Assembly (NCBI GenBank): GCA_047601445.1
Contig: JASGJH010000001.1
Coordinates: 5,120,001-5,184,000, forward strand
DNA from: Myxococcales bacterium
GTDB taxonomy: Bacteria > Myxococcota_A > Polyangia > Polyangiales > DASUME01
Length of the DNA: 64,000 bases
Direction: 5' to 3'
The notes under the pieces are model-generated. The model saw only the letters and a program-made list of their open reading frames with translations. It was not told where the DNA came from and searched no databases. Both the position numbers and the translations under genes were made by a program. Shown in pieces: positions 1 through 8,860 of the stretch (within the stretch, counting starts at the first letter, position 1; every line of letters begins with the position of its first letter).

Positions 1-610
1 CCGTCAGCGCGGTCAGCAGCACCGCCACGATGGCGAGCACGTAGGCGGCGATGCCCGGCACCAGGAACACCGCGCTCTTGCCCTCGGGGTTGAATCGCGT
101 GAAGGTGCGCACCTCCACCAGCGGCTTGCGTGCGCCCTTGGCCTGCTCGGCTCCGGACAGCGCGAGAAGCTTGAGCGCCACTTCCAGCTTGTTGCGGGCT
201 TGCACGGCGCTCGTGTTATCGGAGCCGTCGAGCAAGAGCTGCACCCGCGTCGGCTCGCCGCGCACGAGCTCGCGCGCGAAGCCGCGTTCGATGACTACGG
301 CTGCCAGGCTGCGACCGGCCACCAGGGCGCGCTCCGCTTCGGCGGCGCTCGGCAGGTCGCCTGCATCGTCGAACTGGTCGTCGGCCAAGAGGCGTCGCTT
401 CAAGCTGCGACTCTGGGTCGTCTGATCCAGGTCCACCACGCTCACCGGCAGGTGATCGAGATCGAAACTCACGCCGAAGCCGAACAGGAGCAGCATCACC
501 ACCGGCATGGCGAGCGCGATGTACAGGGTGCGCACGTCGCGCAGCACGTGGTGCACCTCTTTATGCGCCAACGCCAGGATACGATTGAGGGTCAAGGACA
601 GGGCATTCAT
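1..610 (-). CDS. ABC-2 type transporter permease (YbhS/YbhR-like), 3' end runs off the window
   Basis: Translated by hand from ATG at 610: MNALSLTLNRILALAHKEVHHVLRDVRTLYIALAMPVVMLLLFGFGVSFDLDHLPVSVVDLD...DGSDNT...FNPEGKSAVFLVPG; ATGA overlap with the upstream ATPase stop at 607-609. Confidence 0.9.
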   Translation of the reverse strand, partial: MNALSLTLNRILALAHKEVHHVLRDVRTLYIALAMPVVMLLLFGFGVSFDLDHLPVSVVDLDQTTQSRSLKRRLLADDQFDDAGDLPSAAEAERALVAGRSLAAVVIERGFARELVRGEPTRVQLLLDGSDNTSAVQARNKLEVALKLLALSGAEQAKGARKPLVEVRTFTRFNPEGKSAVFLVPGIAAYVLAIVAVLLTALT

Positions 611-1560
611 GGAGCCTCCGCCGAGGCACTCTTGCTGCGACCCACCACGCCCAGGAAGACGTCCTCGAGCGATGCCTCCACGGGCTCGCAATGCTCCGGC
701 TGGGCCCCCAGCTTGCGCAGGCCGAGCTCGATTGCGGATCCGTCCGTACCCTTGGGGTCGAAGCGCACGTGCAGGTTGGCACCGAACAGATCCGCAGCCC
801 GCACGAAGGGCAGTGCGCGCGCCGCGTGCACCACGCGATGGAGATCCTTGCCTTGGAAAGCCAGGGTGGTGCCTGGCACGAAGCTGCGCTTGAGTGCCTC
901 TGGCGTGTCGAGCGCGAGTAAGGAGCCGTCCACCATCAGGCCCACGCGCGCGCAGTATTCGGCCTCGTCCATGTAGTGCGTGGTCACGAAGATGGTGGTG
1001 CCTTGCGCGGCGAGCTCGCGGATCAGCCGCCAGAACTGACGGCGCGAGAAGGGATCGACGCCGGCGGTGGGCTCGTCGAGGAACACGATGGAGGGCTGGT
1101 GCAGCACGGCACAGGCCAGGGCCAGGCGCTGGCGAATGCCACCCGGCAACTCGGACGTCACGCTCGCGCGGTAGCCGCCGAGCTCGGTGCGCTCGACGGC
1201 GCGATCGATGGCTGCATGCAGTGCCTTGCCGTGGAGCCCGTAGATACCACCGAAGAACTCCAAGTTGTCCTGGGCGTCGAGATCCAAGTAGAGGCTGAAT
1301 TTCTGGGACATGTAGCCGATGGAGGCCTTCACGGCGCCGGGCGCGCGCGCGATGTCGTGGCCCGCCACACTTGCCTGTCCGCCGGAGGGCGCGAGGAGCC
1401 CGCACAACATCCGGATGGTGGTGGACTTGCCCGCGCCGTTGGCTCCGAGGTAGCCGAAGATCTCGCCTCGCTCGACGTGGAAGCTCACGTCGCGCACGGC
1501 CACGAAGGAACCGTAGACCTTGCGCAGGGCGTTAACCTCGATGGGATGCTGGGTGGTCAT
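607..1560 (-). CDS. ABC transporter ATP-binding protein
   Basis: Walker A GANGAGKS, Q-loop YMSQKFSLY, Walker B VFLDEPT, H-loop TTHYMDEAE; start MTTQHPI at 1560 overlaps the upstream stop. Confidence 0.95.
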   Translation of the reverse strand: MTTQHPIEVNALRKVYGSFVAVRDVSFHVERGEIFGYLGANGAGKSTTIRMLCGLLAPSGGQASVAGHDIARAPGAVKASIGYMSQKFSLYLDLDAQDNLEFFGGIYGLHGKALHAAIDRAVERTELGGYRASVTSELPGGIRQRLALACAVLHQPSIVFLDEPTAGVDPFSRRQFWRLIRELAAQGTTIFVTTHYMDEAEYCARVGLMVDGSLLALDTPEALKRSFVPGTTLAFQGKDLHRVVHAARALPFVRAADLFGANLHVRFDPKGTDGSAIELGLRKLGAQPEHCEPVEASLEDVFLGVVGRSKSASAEAP

Positions 1561-2498
1561 GCGGCGCCTGCTTGCAGTTGGCGCGCCGAGACGCGGGCCA
1601 AGAACACGTCTTCGAAGTCCGGCGCGACCCGCTCCGCCGTGGCGCCGAGCTCCATCACATCGCGCGAAATGGCGGCGCCCGCGCCCGGCGTCGCGAGCAC
1701 ACGCAGGCGCGTCCCCGCAGGCGAGGCCGTGACCACGCCCGGGTGCCCGTTCAACCACGTATGCAGCCGCTCGCGATCGCCGCCCGTGACGGCCAACACG
1801 TCGTACTCGAGCTCCCTTGAGAGCGCGCTGGGCGAGCCCTGGGCGATGATCTGTCCGTGATGGAGGAGACCCACGCGATGGCACCGCGCCGCCTCATCCA
1901 TATAGGCCGTGGAGACCAGCACCGACATGCCCTCGCCGACCAGCTCGTAGATGAGCTCCCACAGCTCGCGTCGGCTCACTGGGTCGACCCCGTTGGTAGG
2001 CTCGTCCATCAAGAGCACGCTCGGCCGATGGAGCAGCGCGCAGGCCAGGGCCAGCTTCTTGTACATGCCGCCACTGAGGGCATCGGCGCGGCGGTCCTCG
2101 AAGCGCGTGAGGCGCGTGATCTCGAGCAGCCGCGCACTGCGCTCGCGGAACGTCTGACGAGAGAGCCCGAACAGACGTGCAAAGAAGCTCAGGTTCTCCG
2201 CCACCGAGAGGTCCCCGTAGAGACTGTATTGCTGCGGCATCAAGCCGAGGTGCTCGCGGGCGCGTGAACGTCGAGCCAGCGGATCCTCGCCGAGCACCCG
2301 CACGTACCCCGCCGTGGGGCGCATCAGGCCCGCCAGGCAGTTGATGGTAGTGCTCTTACCTGCCCCATCGGGCCCCACCAGACCGTAGAGCTCTCCGGGC
2401 GCGACACGCAGGTCGATGCAGCGCACCGCCTCGAGCGCGCCGTACGAGCGCACCAATCCGCAAGCGTCGATGGCCGCCGTTTGACTCGGCGCGTTCAT
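1557..2498 (-). CDS. ABC transporter ATP-binding protein
   Basis: GPDGAGKS, LSGGM signature, LLMDEPT, STAYMDEA. Confidence 0.95.
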   Translation of the reverse strand: MNAPSQTAAIDACGLVRSYGALEAVRCIDLRVAPGELYGLVGPDGAGKSTTINCLAGLMRPTAGYVRVLGEDPLARRSRAREHLGLMPQQYSLYGDLSVAENLSFFARLFGLSRQTFRERSARLLEITRLTRFEDRRADALSGGMYKKLALACALLHRPSVLLMDEPTNGVDPVSRRELWELIYELVGEGMSVLVSTAYMDEAARCHRVGLLHHGQIIAQGSPSALSRELEYDVLAVTGGDRERLHTWLNGHPGVVTASPAGTRLRVLATPGAGAAISRDVMELGATAERVAPDFEDVFLARVSARQLQAGAA

Positions 2499-3548
2499 GG
2501 CGCCCCCGAGAGGCCCAGGTCGGCCAAGCTCACCACCACCTGCATGCCCGTGCGCAACAGCCCCTTGTGCTCACGCACGCGCACCTCCACCGGATACACC
2601 AGGCGGTCGCGGTCGCTGCGCGTCTGCACGTTGCGCGGTGTGAACTCAGCCTCCAATCCGATGCGCGTCACCTCGGCGCTGAAGTCTCGCTCGGGGTAGG
2701 CATCGGCCCGCACCTGGGCTCGCATGCCCACGCGCGCCGCATCCACATCCGCGTTGGCCAGGTAGAACGTCACGTTGGCCAGCTCGGGATCGATCAAGCG
2801 CGCCACCACCGAGCCCTGCATCACGAGCTCGCCGGATTCGTAGTAGATGCGCTCGAGTACGCCCGCGCGCGGTGCGCGCACGGTGCATTCATCCACGATC
2901 AACTGCGCGCTCGTCACCACCGCCTCCAGGGCGGCCACGCTGCGCTCGGCGGCGCTCACCTGGGCCAGCGCCGCCTGGGCCTGTGCGGAAGCCGCGCCCG
3001 CCTGACGACGGCTCACGAGCTCCGAGGCCGCCGCCGCGCGCTGACGCTCGAGCAACTCCGAGGCCGTGACCTTGGCGCGGTCCCTGGACGACAGTGCGGC
3101 GTACTCGCCCATGGCCTCCATGCGCTCGGCGTCGCGCGCCGCCAGCTCCTGCTGCGCCGAGAGCGCACCGAGCTGGGCTCCCACGGCCTGAATCGAAGCC
3201 GCCGCCGCCGAGCTCTGCCCGCGCGCCGCCAGGGCCTGCGACTTGGCACCCAGCACCTGCGCCCGCGATGCCTCCAGGCGCGCGAGGGCCTCCGCGAGGC
3301 GCGCCTCGTGCTCGGAGCACTCCAGGCTCAAGATGGGATTGCCGGCCTGCACCGTGAAGCCCTCCCTGGCGTGCACCTGCTTCACCCGGGCGGACAGGCG
3401 CGAGCCGAGAATCGATGCCCTCGGCCTCCACCACACCGGAACCGGACGCCGGGCCCGACTCGGCCTTGCCCTGGGCACGAATGCGCCAAGCGATGAGTCC
3501 GATCAGGACCCCCGTCAGCACCACCATTACGCTGAGAACTCGTTTCAT
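2495..3548 (-). CDS. HlyD/YbhG-family periplasmic adaptor subunit (apparent +1 frameshift at ~3410)
   Basis: N-terminal anchor MKRVLSVMVVLTGVLIGLIAW...SGVVEAEGID in one frame; LGSRLSARVKQV...VRAPRAG...EAEFTPRNVQTRSDRDRLVYPV in the next; removing one T from GATTCTC joins them. Confidence 0.85.
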
Positions 3549-3639
3549 CGGACATGGCTCCGGTCGTTGAACGACGCGCCGCGAGGAGCTCCCCTGCGGT
3601 CGTCTCGAGCGCCCGTCGTCGAGGCGCAACACCCCCCAG

Positions 3640-3656
3640 TGCGACCTTCGTGCCAA
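3640..3656 (-). promoter_or_regulatory. sigma54 (-24/-12) promoter of the efflux operon
   Basis: Minus strand TTGGCACGAAGGTCGCA = TGGCACG-N4-TCGCA with exact GG-N10-GC spacing, ~90 bp upstream of the adaptor gene and next to an NtrC-family gene. Confidence 0.8.
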
Positions 3657-3738
3657 CTCGTTCGCTTGATTGAATCGCCGCAAAATCAGCCTGTTCTGCC
3701 ACCCCACGGGCGACCTCCGGAGTTGCCCCCAGTCGATG

Positions 3739-3779
3739 TGTCTGGGTTTCCGGACAGTCGCTTTCCGGGCCCCCAGACA
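3739..3779. promoter_or_regulatory. Tandem palindromic enhancer (UAS) sites, TGTCYGG-N4-CCRGACA x2
   Basis: TGTCTGG-GTTT-CCGGACA (3739-3756) and TTTCCGG-GCCC-CCAGACA (3762-3779), 23 bp apart, 83-123 bp upstream of the sigma54 motif. Confidence 0.65.
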
Positions 3780-3832
3780 GCCGCCGCCCATGGCGCACTG
3801 GTACACTCGCAACGAATGCGCGCCCTTCACCC

Positions 3833-5236
3833 GTGGGAAGTCCGTTGAACCGCCCTCCGCCACACGCCCTGGCTGCGACCCGTCCGCTCTCACGCAGCGC
3901 GCTCGACGTGATGTTCGCCAAGGTCGTGGTGGCGCGCCTGGTGATCGCTCCTTCTCTCGGCTCGCTGGCGCTGACGTTCGCCTTCTTCGAGCCCACCCCC
4001 TGGCGTAAGTGGCTGATCGGCTCGGGCGTGACCAGCTTGTTCCTGCTCTCGCTGGTGGAGTGGTTCCGGTATCGCAAGTTCGGACCCGAGTCGGTGCACG
4101 TGCCGTTCAACGTGTGGCTGACCATCATCGTCCAGCTCTGCGTGATCACCGCCACCGGCGGGCTCTTCAGTCCCGCACTGCCCGTGGTCATCATGATGGC
4201 GTTCCTCGCCGCGACCCTCGGCGAGCGGCGCATCTTGCGCGGCCTGTTGGCCTTGGCGCTGCCCGCGGGCTTTGGGCTGGCCTACATCCATCGCTGCGCC
4301 ACACCCGTGCCCAGCCTGATTCCCGAGCTGTTCGGTGGCGCCCAGCCCATCGAGCACGGGCCCGCTCCGTGGATCGCAGCCACCGCGTTCACCGCCATGC
4401 TGCTGATCGCGGCGCGCGTGGGCCTGGTGCTCCAGGGTGTATTCGAGAGCCTCTACGGGGACGCCGTGCAGGCCCGTGACCGCTCGCTCGCGCTGCACGC
4501 CGAGCAGAGCCGCGTGATCACGTTGATGAGCAGCGAGATCGCCCACGAGCTCAAGAACCCGCTGGCCAGCCTCAAGGGCCTGGGCGCACTGGTGGCCAAG
4601 GACGTCGAGGGGCGCACCGCAGAGCGCGTGAAGGTGCTGCGCGGCGAGGTCGACCGCATGCAGTCGATCCTGGAAGGCTTCCTCACGTTCTCGCGGCCGC
4701 TCGTGCCCCTGAGCGTCGCCGAGCACGACTTGAGCGAGCTCACCTGCGACGTGGCGCGCTTGCACGAGGGCATCGCGGGCGAGCGCAGCCTCGGCATCGC
4801 CGTCGAGGCTCCCGAGCGCACGCTGGCGCGCTGCGATATCCGCAAGGTGCGCCAGGTCCTGATCAACCTGGTCCAGAACGCCCTCGATGCCAGTCCCGAC
4901 GGTGGCAAGGTGCTGTTGCGCGTGAGGCCCACGGCAGGAGGCGTCAACATCACTATCGTCGACGAAGGCCCTGGCCTCTCCCCGGAGATCGCCGAGCGCG
5001 TGTTCGAGCCCTTCGTGAGCGACAAGGAGCACGGTTCGGGCGTCGGATTGGTGGTGGCACGCTCGCTGGCGCGACAGCACGGCGGCGACGTGGTGCTGAC
5101 ACCTCGGAGGGGAGCCCGCGGACTCGAAGCCGAGCTCCGCTTGCCGCTCACACCGCCGCTCGAGCCGAGTACCGCGTCCCTGCCCAACGAATCTCTCCCC
5201 AACGCAGCCCTGCCCAGCAACGGAACGAATCCATGA
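3833..5236 (+). CDS. Membrane sensor histidine kinase
   Basis: Several TM helices; H-box IAHELKNPL, N-box NLVQNALDA, DEGPG, GSGVGL; exact start uncertain. Confidence 0.93.
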   Translation: MGSPLNRPPPHALAATRPLSRSALDVMFAKVVVARLVIAPSLGSLALTFAFFEPTPWRKWLIGSGVTSLFLLSLVEWFRYRKFGPESVHVPFNVWLTIIVQLCVITATGGLFSPALPVVIMMAFLAATLGERRILRGLLALALPAGFGLAYIHRCATPVPSLIPELFGGAQPIEHGPAPWIAATAFTAMLLIAARVGLVLQGVFESLYGDAVQARDRSLALHAEQSRVITLMSSEIAHELKNPLASLKGLGALVAKDVEGRTAERVKVLRGEVDRMQSILEGFLTFSRPLVPLSVAEHDLSELTCDVARLHEGIAGERSLGIAVEAPERTLARCDIRKVRQVLINLVQNALDASPDGGKVLLRVRPTAGGVNITIVDEGPGLSPEIAERVFEPFVSDKEHGSGVGLVVARSLARQHGGDVVLTPRRGARGLEAELRLPLTPPLEPSTASLPNESLPNAALPSNGTNP

Positions 5237-6564
5237 CCCCACGCATCCTCGTGGTCGACGACGACCAAGCCCTGCGCTTCACGCTGCGCGGCATCCTGGA
5301 GGACGCAGGCTACGCGGTGGATGAAGCCGCCGACGGCGCGCTCGCCCTGGCCAAAGTCGAGGCCGGCGGCGGCTACCACCTGGTGCTGAGCGATCTGCGC
5401 ATGCCCAACGTGGATGGCCTCGCGCTGCTCGAGCGCCTCAAGTCCCAGCACCCGAGCCTGCGCGTCATCATGATCACGGCCCACGGCTCCGAGCGGGCCG
5501 CCGTGGAGGCCATGAAGCGCGGCGCCTACGACTACTTTCGCAAGCCCTTCGAGCCCGAAGAACTGCTGGCCGTGGTGGAGCGCGCGGTGGAGTCGGTGCG
5601 CCTCAGCTCCGACAACGAGCGCCTCGGCGCCGAGCTCCTGCTCTCACGCTCCATGGTGTTCGCCTCACCTGCCATGCGCCAGCTCGCGGTGCTGGTGCAG
5701 CGCGTGGCCAGTAAGGACGTCACAGTGCTGATCAGCGGCGAGAGCGGCACCGGGAAAGAGCGCCTGGCCGAGGCCCTGGTGCGCGGGAGCACCCGCAGCA
5801 CACGCCCCTTCGTGCGCTTCAACTGCGCTGCCATCACACCCGACCTGGCGGAGGCGGAGCTGTTCGGACACAGCAAGGGCGCGTTCACGGGTGCGATCCG
5901 ACAGCGCAGTGGCCTCTTCCGCGAGGCTCACACCGGCACGCTGTTCTTGGACGAAGTCGCGGAGCTCGACCTACGCACTCAGGCCAAGCTCCTGCGCGTC
6001 CTACAGGAGGGCGAGGTACGTCCCGTGGGCGAAGACCACCCGTTCTCCGTCGACGTCCGCATTCTGGCCGCCACCCACCGCAACCTCGAGCAGTGCGTAC
6101 GCGATGGCAGCTTCAGAGAAGATCTATTCTATCGCCTCAAGGTAGTGCATCTCAGCTTGCCTCCGTTGCGCGATCGCAAGGAAGACATCGAGGTGCTTGC
6201 CGCACACTTCCTGGCCGAATTCAGCGCCCGCTTCGGCGCTGGGCCCTTCTCGCTGACCGCAGAGCTGCGCACACGACTTGCTAGCTACCGCTGGCCTGGC
6301 AACGTGCGCGAGCTCGGCAATGCCATCGAGAGCCTGGTGGCCCTCTCCCCGACCGATCGGCTCGATCCCGACCTCTTGCCGGGCGATCGTCCCGACGGCT
6401 CGAGCGCCCAGCGCGCCACCCTCGAGCATCGCCTGCTCGCGTATGAACGCGGCTTGCTGGTGGAGGCCATCGATGCCGCCGACGGCAACCGCAGCGAGGC
6501 CGCCAAGCTGCTCGGCATCGGGCGCGCCACGCTCTACGAGAAGCTCCGCAAGCACGGGCTGTAG
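5233..6564 (+). CDS. Sigma54-dependent response regulator (NtrC family: REC-AAA+-Fis HTH)
   Basis: REC (VVDDD, SDLRMP, KPF), GESGTGKE, GAFTGA, WPGNVREL, C-terminal GNRSEAAKLLGIGRATLYEKL. Confidence 0.97.
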   Translation: MTPRILVVDDDQALRFTLRGILEDAGYAVDEAADGALALAKVEAGGGYHLVLSDLRMPNVDGLALLERLKSQHPSLRVIMITAHGSERAAVEAMKRGAYDYFRKPFEPEELLAVVERAVESVRLSSDNERLGAELLLSRSMVFASPAMRQLAVLVQRVASKDVTVLISGESGTGKERLAEALVRGSTRSTRPFVRFNCAAITPDLAEAELFGHSKGAFTGAIRQRSGLFREAHTGTLFLDEVAELDLRTQAKLLRVLQEGEVRPVGEDHPFSVDVRILAATHRNLEQCVRDGSFREDLFYRLKVVHLSLPPLRDRKEDIEVLAAHFLAEFSARFGAGPFSLTAELRTRLASYRWPGNVRELGNAIESLVALSPTDRLDPDLLPGDRPDGSSAQRATLEHRLLAYERGLLVEAIDAADGNRSEAAKLLGIGRATLYEKLRKHGL

Positions 6565-6609
6565 CCTCTACTCCTGGCTGGGGCCTGCTCCACACGCGCA
6601 CGCCCGCTT

Positions 6610-6625
6610 CGGCACGGCTCCTGCT
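6610..6625 (+). promoter_or_regulatory. Putative sigma54 promoter of the multicopper oxidase gene
   Basis: CGGCACGGCTCCTGCT: GG-N10-GC with GGCACG core, 24-35 bp before the candidate starts at 6649/6661. Confidence 0.55.
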
Positions 6626-6648
6626 CTTCGATCCGCTTCGGAGGACGA

Positions 6649-8062
6649 ATGGAGGCGCAGATGCGGGGGCGGCGAGCGGTGTGGATGGCGGTGCTAGCCA
6701 GTGTCGGACTCGTTGGTTGTAGTGACGATGGAGGCTCGGGCTTCGCGTACAAGAAGGGCCTGCCGTTCTCGGAACCCAAGGAATTCCACAGCGAGAACGG
6801 CGTGACCTCCGTGCAGCTCCTGTCGAAGGAAACCGCGGTGGACATCAGCGACGCCACCGTGAAGGGGACGGTCTACAACGGCGCATTCGTGGGACCCACG
6901 CTGCATGTGGCGCCTGGAGAGACCCTGCGTGTGCACCTGCAAAACGACCTCAAGCAGCACACGAACATCCACTATCACGGCATGCACGTGTCCCCCGAGG
7001 GCAACAGCGACAACATCTTCCTCATGATCGAGCCGGGCGAGAGCTTCGACTACCAGCTCGACATCCCGGCCGACCACGACGTGGGCACCTTTTGGTACCA
7101 CTCACACTCGCACATGGACTCCGAGAGCCAGGTGTTCGGCGGTCTCTCGGGTGTGCTCATCGTGGACGGCCTCGAGCAGAAGCTCCCCGAGGCCTATCGC
7201 GGCATCACTCAGCACGTGTTCGCGCTCAAGGACCTGCAGGTGAAGGACGGCACCATCATCGCCGACAACATCAACTCGGACGCGCCCACGGTTCGCACGG
7301 TGAACGGCCTGGTGGAACCCACGCTCGAGATCGCGCCCGGGGAGACGCAGCTGTGGCGCCTTGCCAACATCAGCGCGGACATCTTCTACGACCTGAGCTT
7401 TGCCACGCAGCCCCTGGTGGTCATCGCCGAAGATGGCAACCCCGTGGAGAAGCTGTGGACGGCGATGGATTCTGGTCCTGCCGCCCGGTAAGCGCTTCGA
7501 CGTGGTCGTCACGGCCCCGACCACCGCTGGCGACTATACGCTCGAGACCTTGGCCTATGACCAGGGCGGAGACATGTATCCGCAGGCCACGCTCGTGAAC
7601 GTGAAGGTCACGGGTGCGATGGCCCCGGCACTGCCTCCGCTTACCGAAGGCCTTGCCCCCGACGACGGGCTTACCTCACCTGATGCCGTGGTGGCGCAAA
7701 CCCGCCAGTTCGTGTTCACCGAGGACGACGACTCCAATCAGTTCTTCATCAACGGCAAGCAGTTCGACATGAACCGCATCGACGCGCTGCCCAAGCTCGG
7801 CACCATCGAGGAATGGACGGTGATCAACAACACCTCGGAGCAGCACCCCTTCCACATCCACATCAACGACTTCAAGGTCCTCTCCATCAACGGCGTCCCG
7901 TACCAGGCCAACGGTGAGCAAGACACGGTGGTGATGCCGCCCGGCGGACAGGCGGTCATCCGCATGGCTTTCCTGGATTTTACGGGCAAATTCGTCTTCC
8001 ACTGCCACATCCTGGCCCACGAGGACGGCGGCATGATGGCGGTCGTAGACGTGGTGCCGTGA
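6649..8062 (+). CDS. Multicopper oxidase lipoprotein (apparent +1 frameshift at ~7470)
   Basis: Lipobox LVGC; copper motifs IHYHG, FWYHSHSH, HPFHIH, FHCHILAHEDGGMM; removing one T in GATTCTG joins ...WTAMD to LVLPPGKRFD... Confidence 0.9.
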
Positions 8063-8162
8063 GAGGGGAAGGTGATCGGTTGCGAGCACGGGCACGTGTG
8101 CGAACCGGAGGATGACGGCGCGTTTCGCTGCGCTCACCCGTCGATGCTAGTCTGGCGGGACG

Positions 8163-8732
8163 ATGACCAAGCAAGATCTCGATGTGATCGTTGTGGGTGA
8201 TGGGCCGGGAGGCTTGAGCGCTGCGCTGTTTCTGGCCAAGTCCGGGCTGCGAGTCGTGGTGTACGGGCAGGACAAGACCGCCATGCACTGGGCGCTGCTG
8301 AAGAACTACCTCGGCGTGCCCGAGATGCTCGGCAGCGAGTTCCAGCGTCTTGCGCGCGAGCAGGTCACCACGTTCGGGGGGCGCATCGAGGCGGCGCGTG
8401 TGGAGAGCGTCGCACACGACGCGGGTAGCTTCGAAGTCACTCTCGAGGGTGGACCCAAGGTGCAGTCGCGCTTCTTGATCCTCTCGGAGGGCAAGTCGCC
8501 GCGCCTCGCGCAGCAGCTCGCGCTGGCGAACGACCCCTCCGGTGCCGTGAAGGTGGACATCAACGGCAAGACCTCGCTCGCGGGTGTGTACGCGGTGGGG
8601 CGCCTCGCACGGCCGGATCGCAGTCAGGCCATCATCAGCGCCGGCGATGGAGCCGCGGCCGCCATCGACATCCTCTCGAGCATCAAGGGCGAAGCAGTGC
8701 AGGACTGGGACTCGCCGCCCGAGCAGAAGTAG
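8163..8732 (+). CDS. Small FAD-dependent oxidoreductase (thioredoxin-reductase-like, FAD domain only)
   Basis: VIVVGDGPGGLSAALFLAK, NYLG, TSLAGVYAVG, QAIISAGDGA. Confidence 0.85.
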   Translation: MTKQDLDVIVVGDGPGGLSAALFLAKSGLRVVVYGQDKTAMHWALLKNYLGVPEMLGSEFQRLAREQVTTFGGRIEAARVESVAHDAGSFEVTLEGGPKVQSRFLILSEGKSPRLAQQLALANDPSGAVKVDINGKTSLAGVYAVGRLARPDRSQAIISAGDGAAAAIDILSSIKGEAVQDWDSPPEQK

Positions 8733-8778
8733 CAGCGCTCACGCCGTGACTTTCTTCGGCGCGCGGCACCAGTTCATC

Positions 8779-8836
8779 GTGACGCTTCGCGTCTGGACTC
8801 GGTGTCGCTTCGCGCTGCTCTGGGTGTCGCTTCGCG
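8779..8836 (+). repeat. Three direct repeats GTGWCGCTTCGCG upstream of the acyltransferase-gpsA operon
   Basis: Copies start at 8779, 8802 and 8824 (spacing 23 and 22 bp). Confidence 0.75.
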
Positions 8837-8860
8837 CCAGGCCGCGCGTACCTGCAGGGC

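Noticed and set aside
5176..5225. SLPNE/SLPNA/ALPSN repeats at the kinase C-terminus
   Set aside because: Short degenerate low-complexity tail with no evident function.
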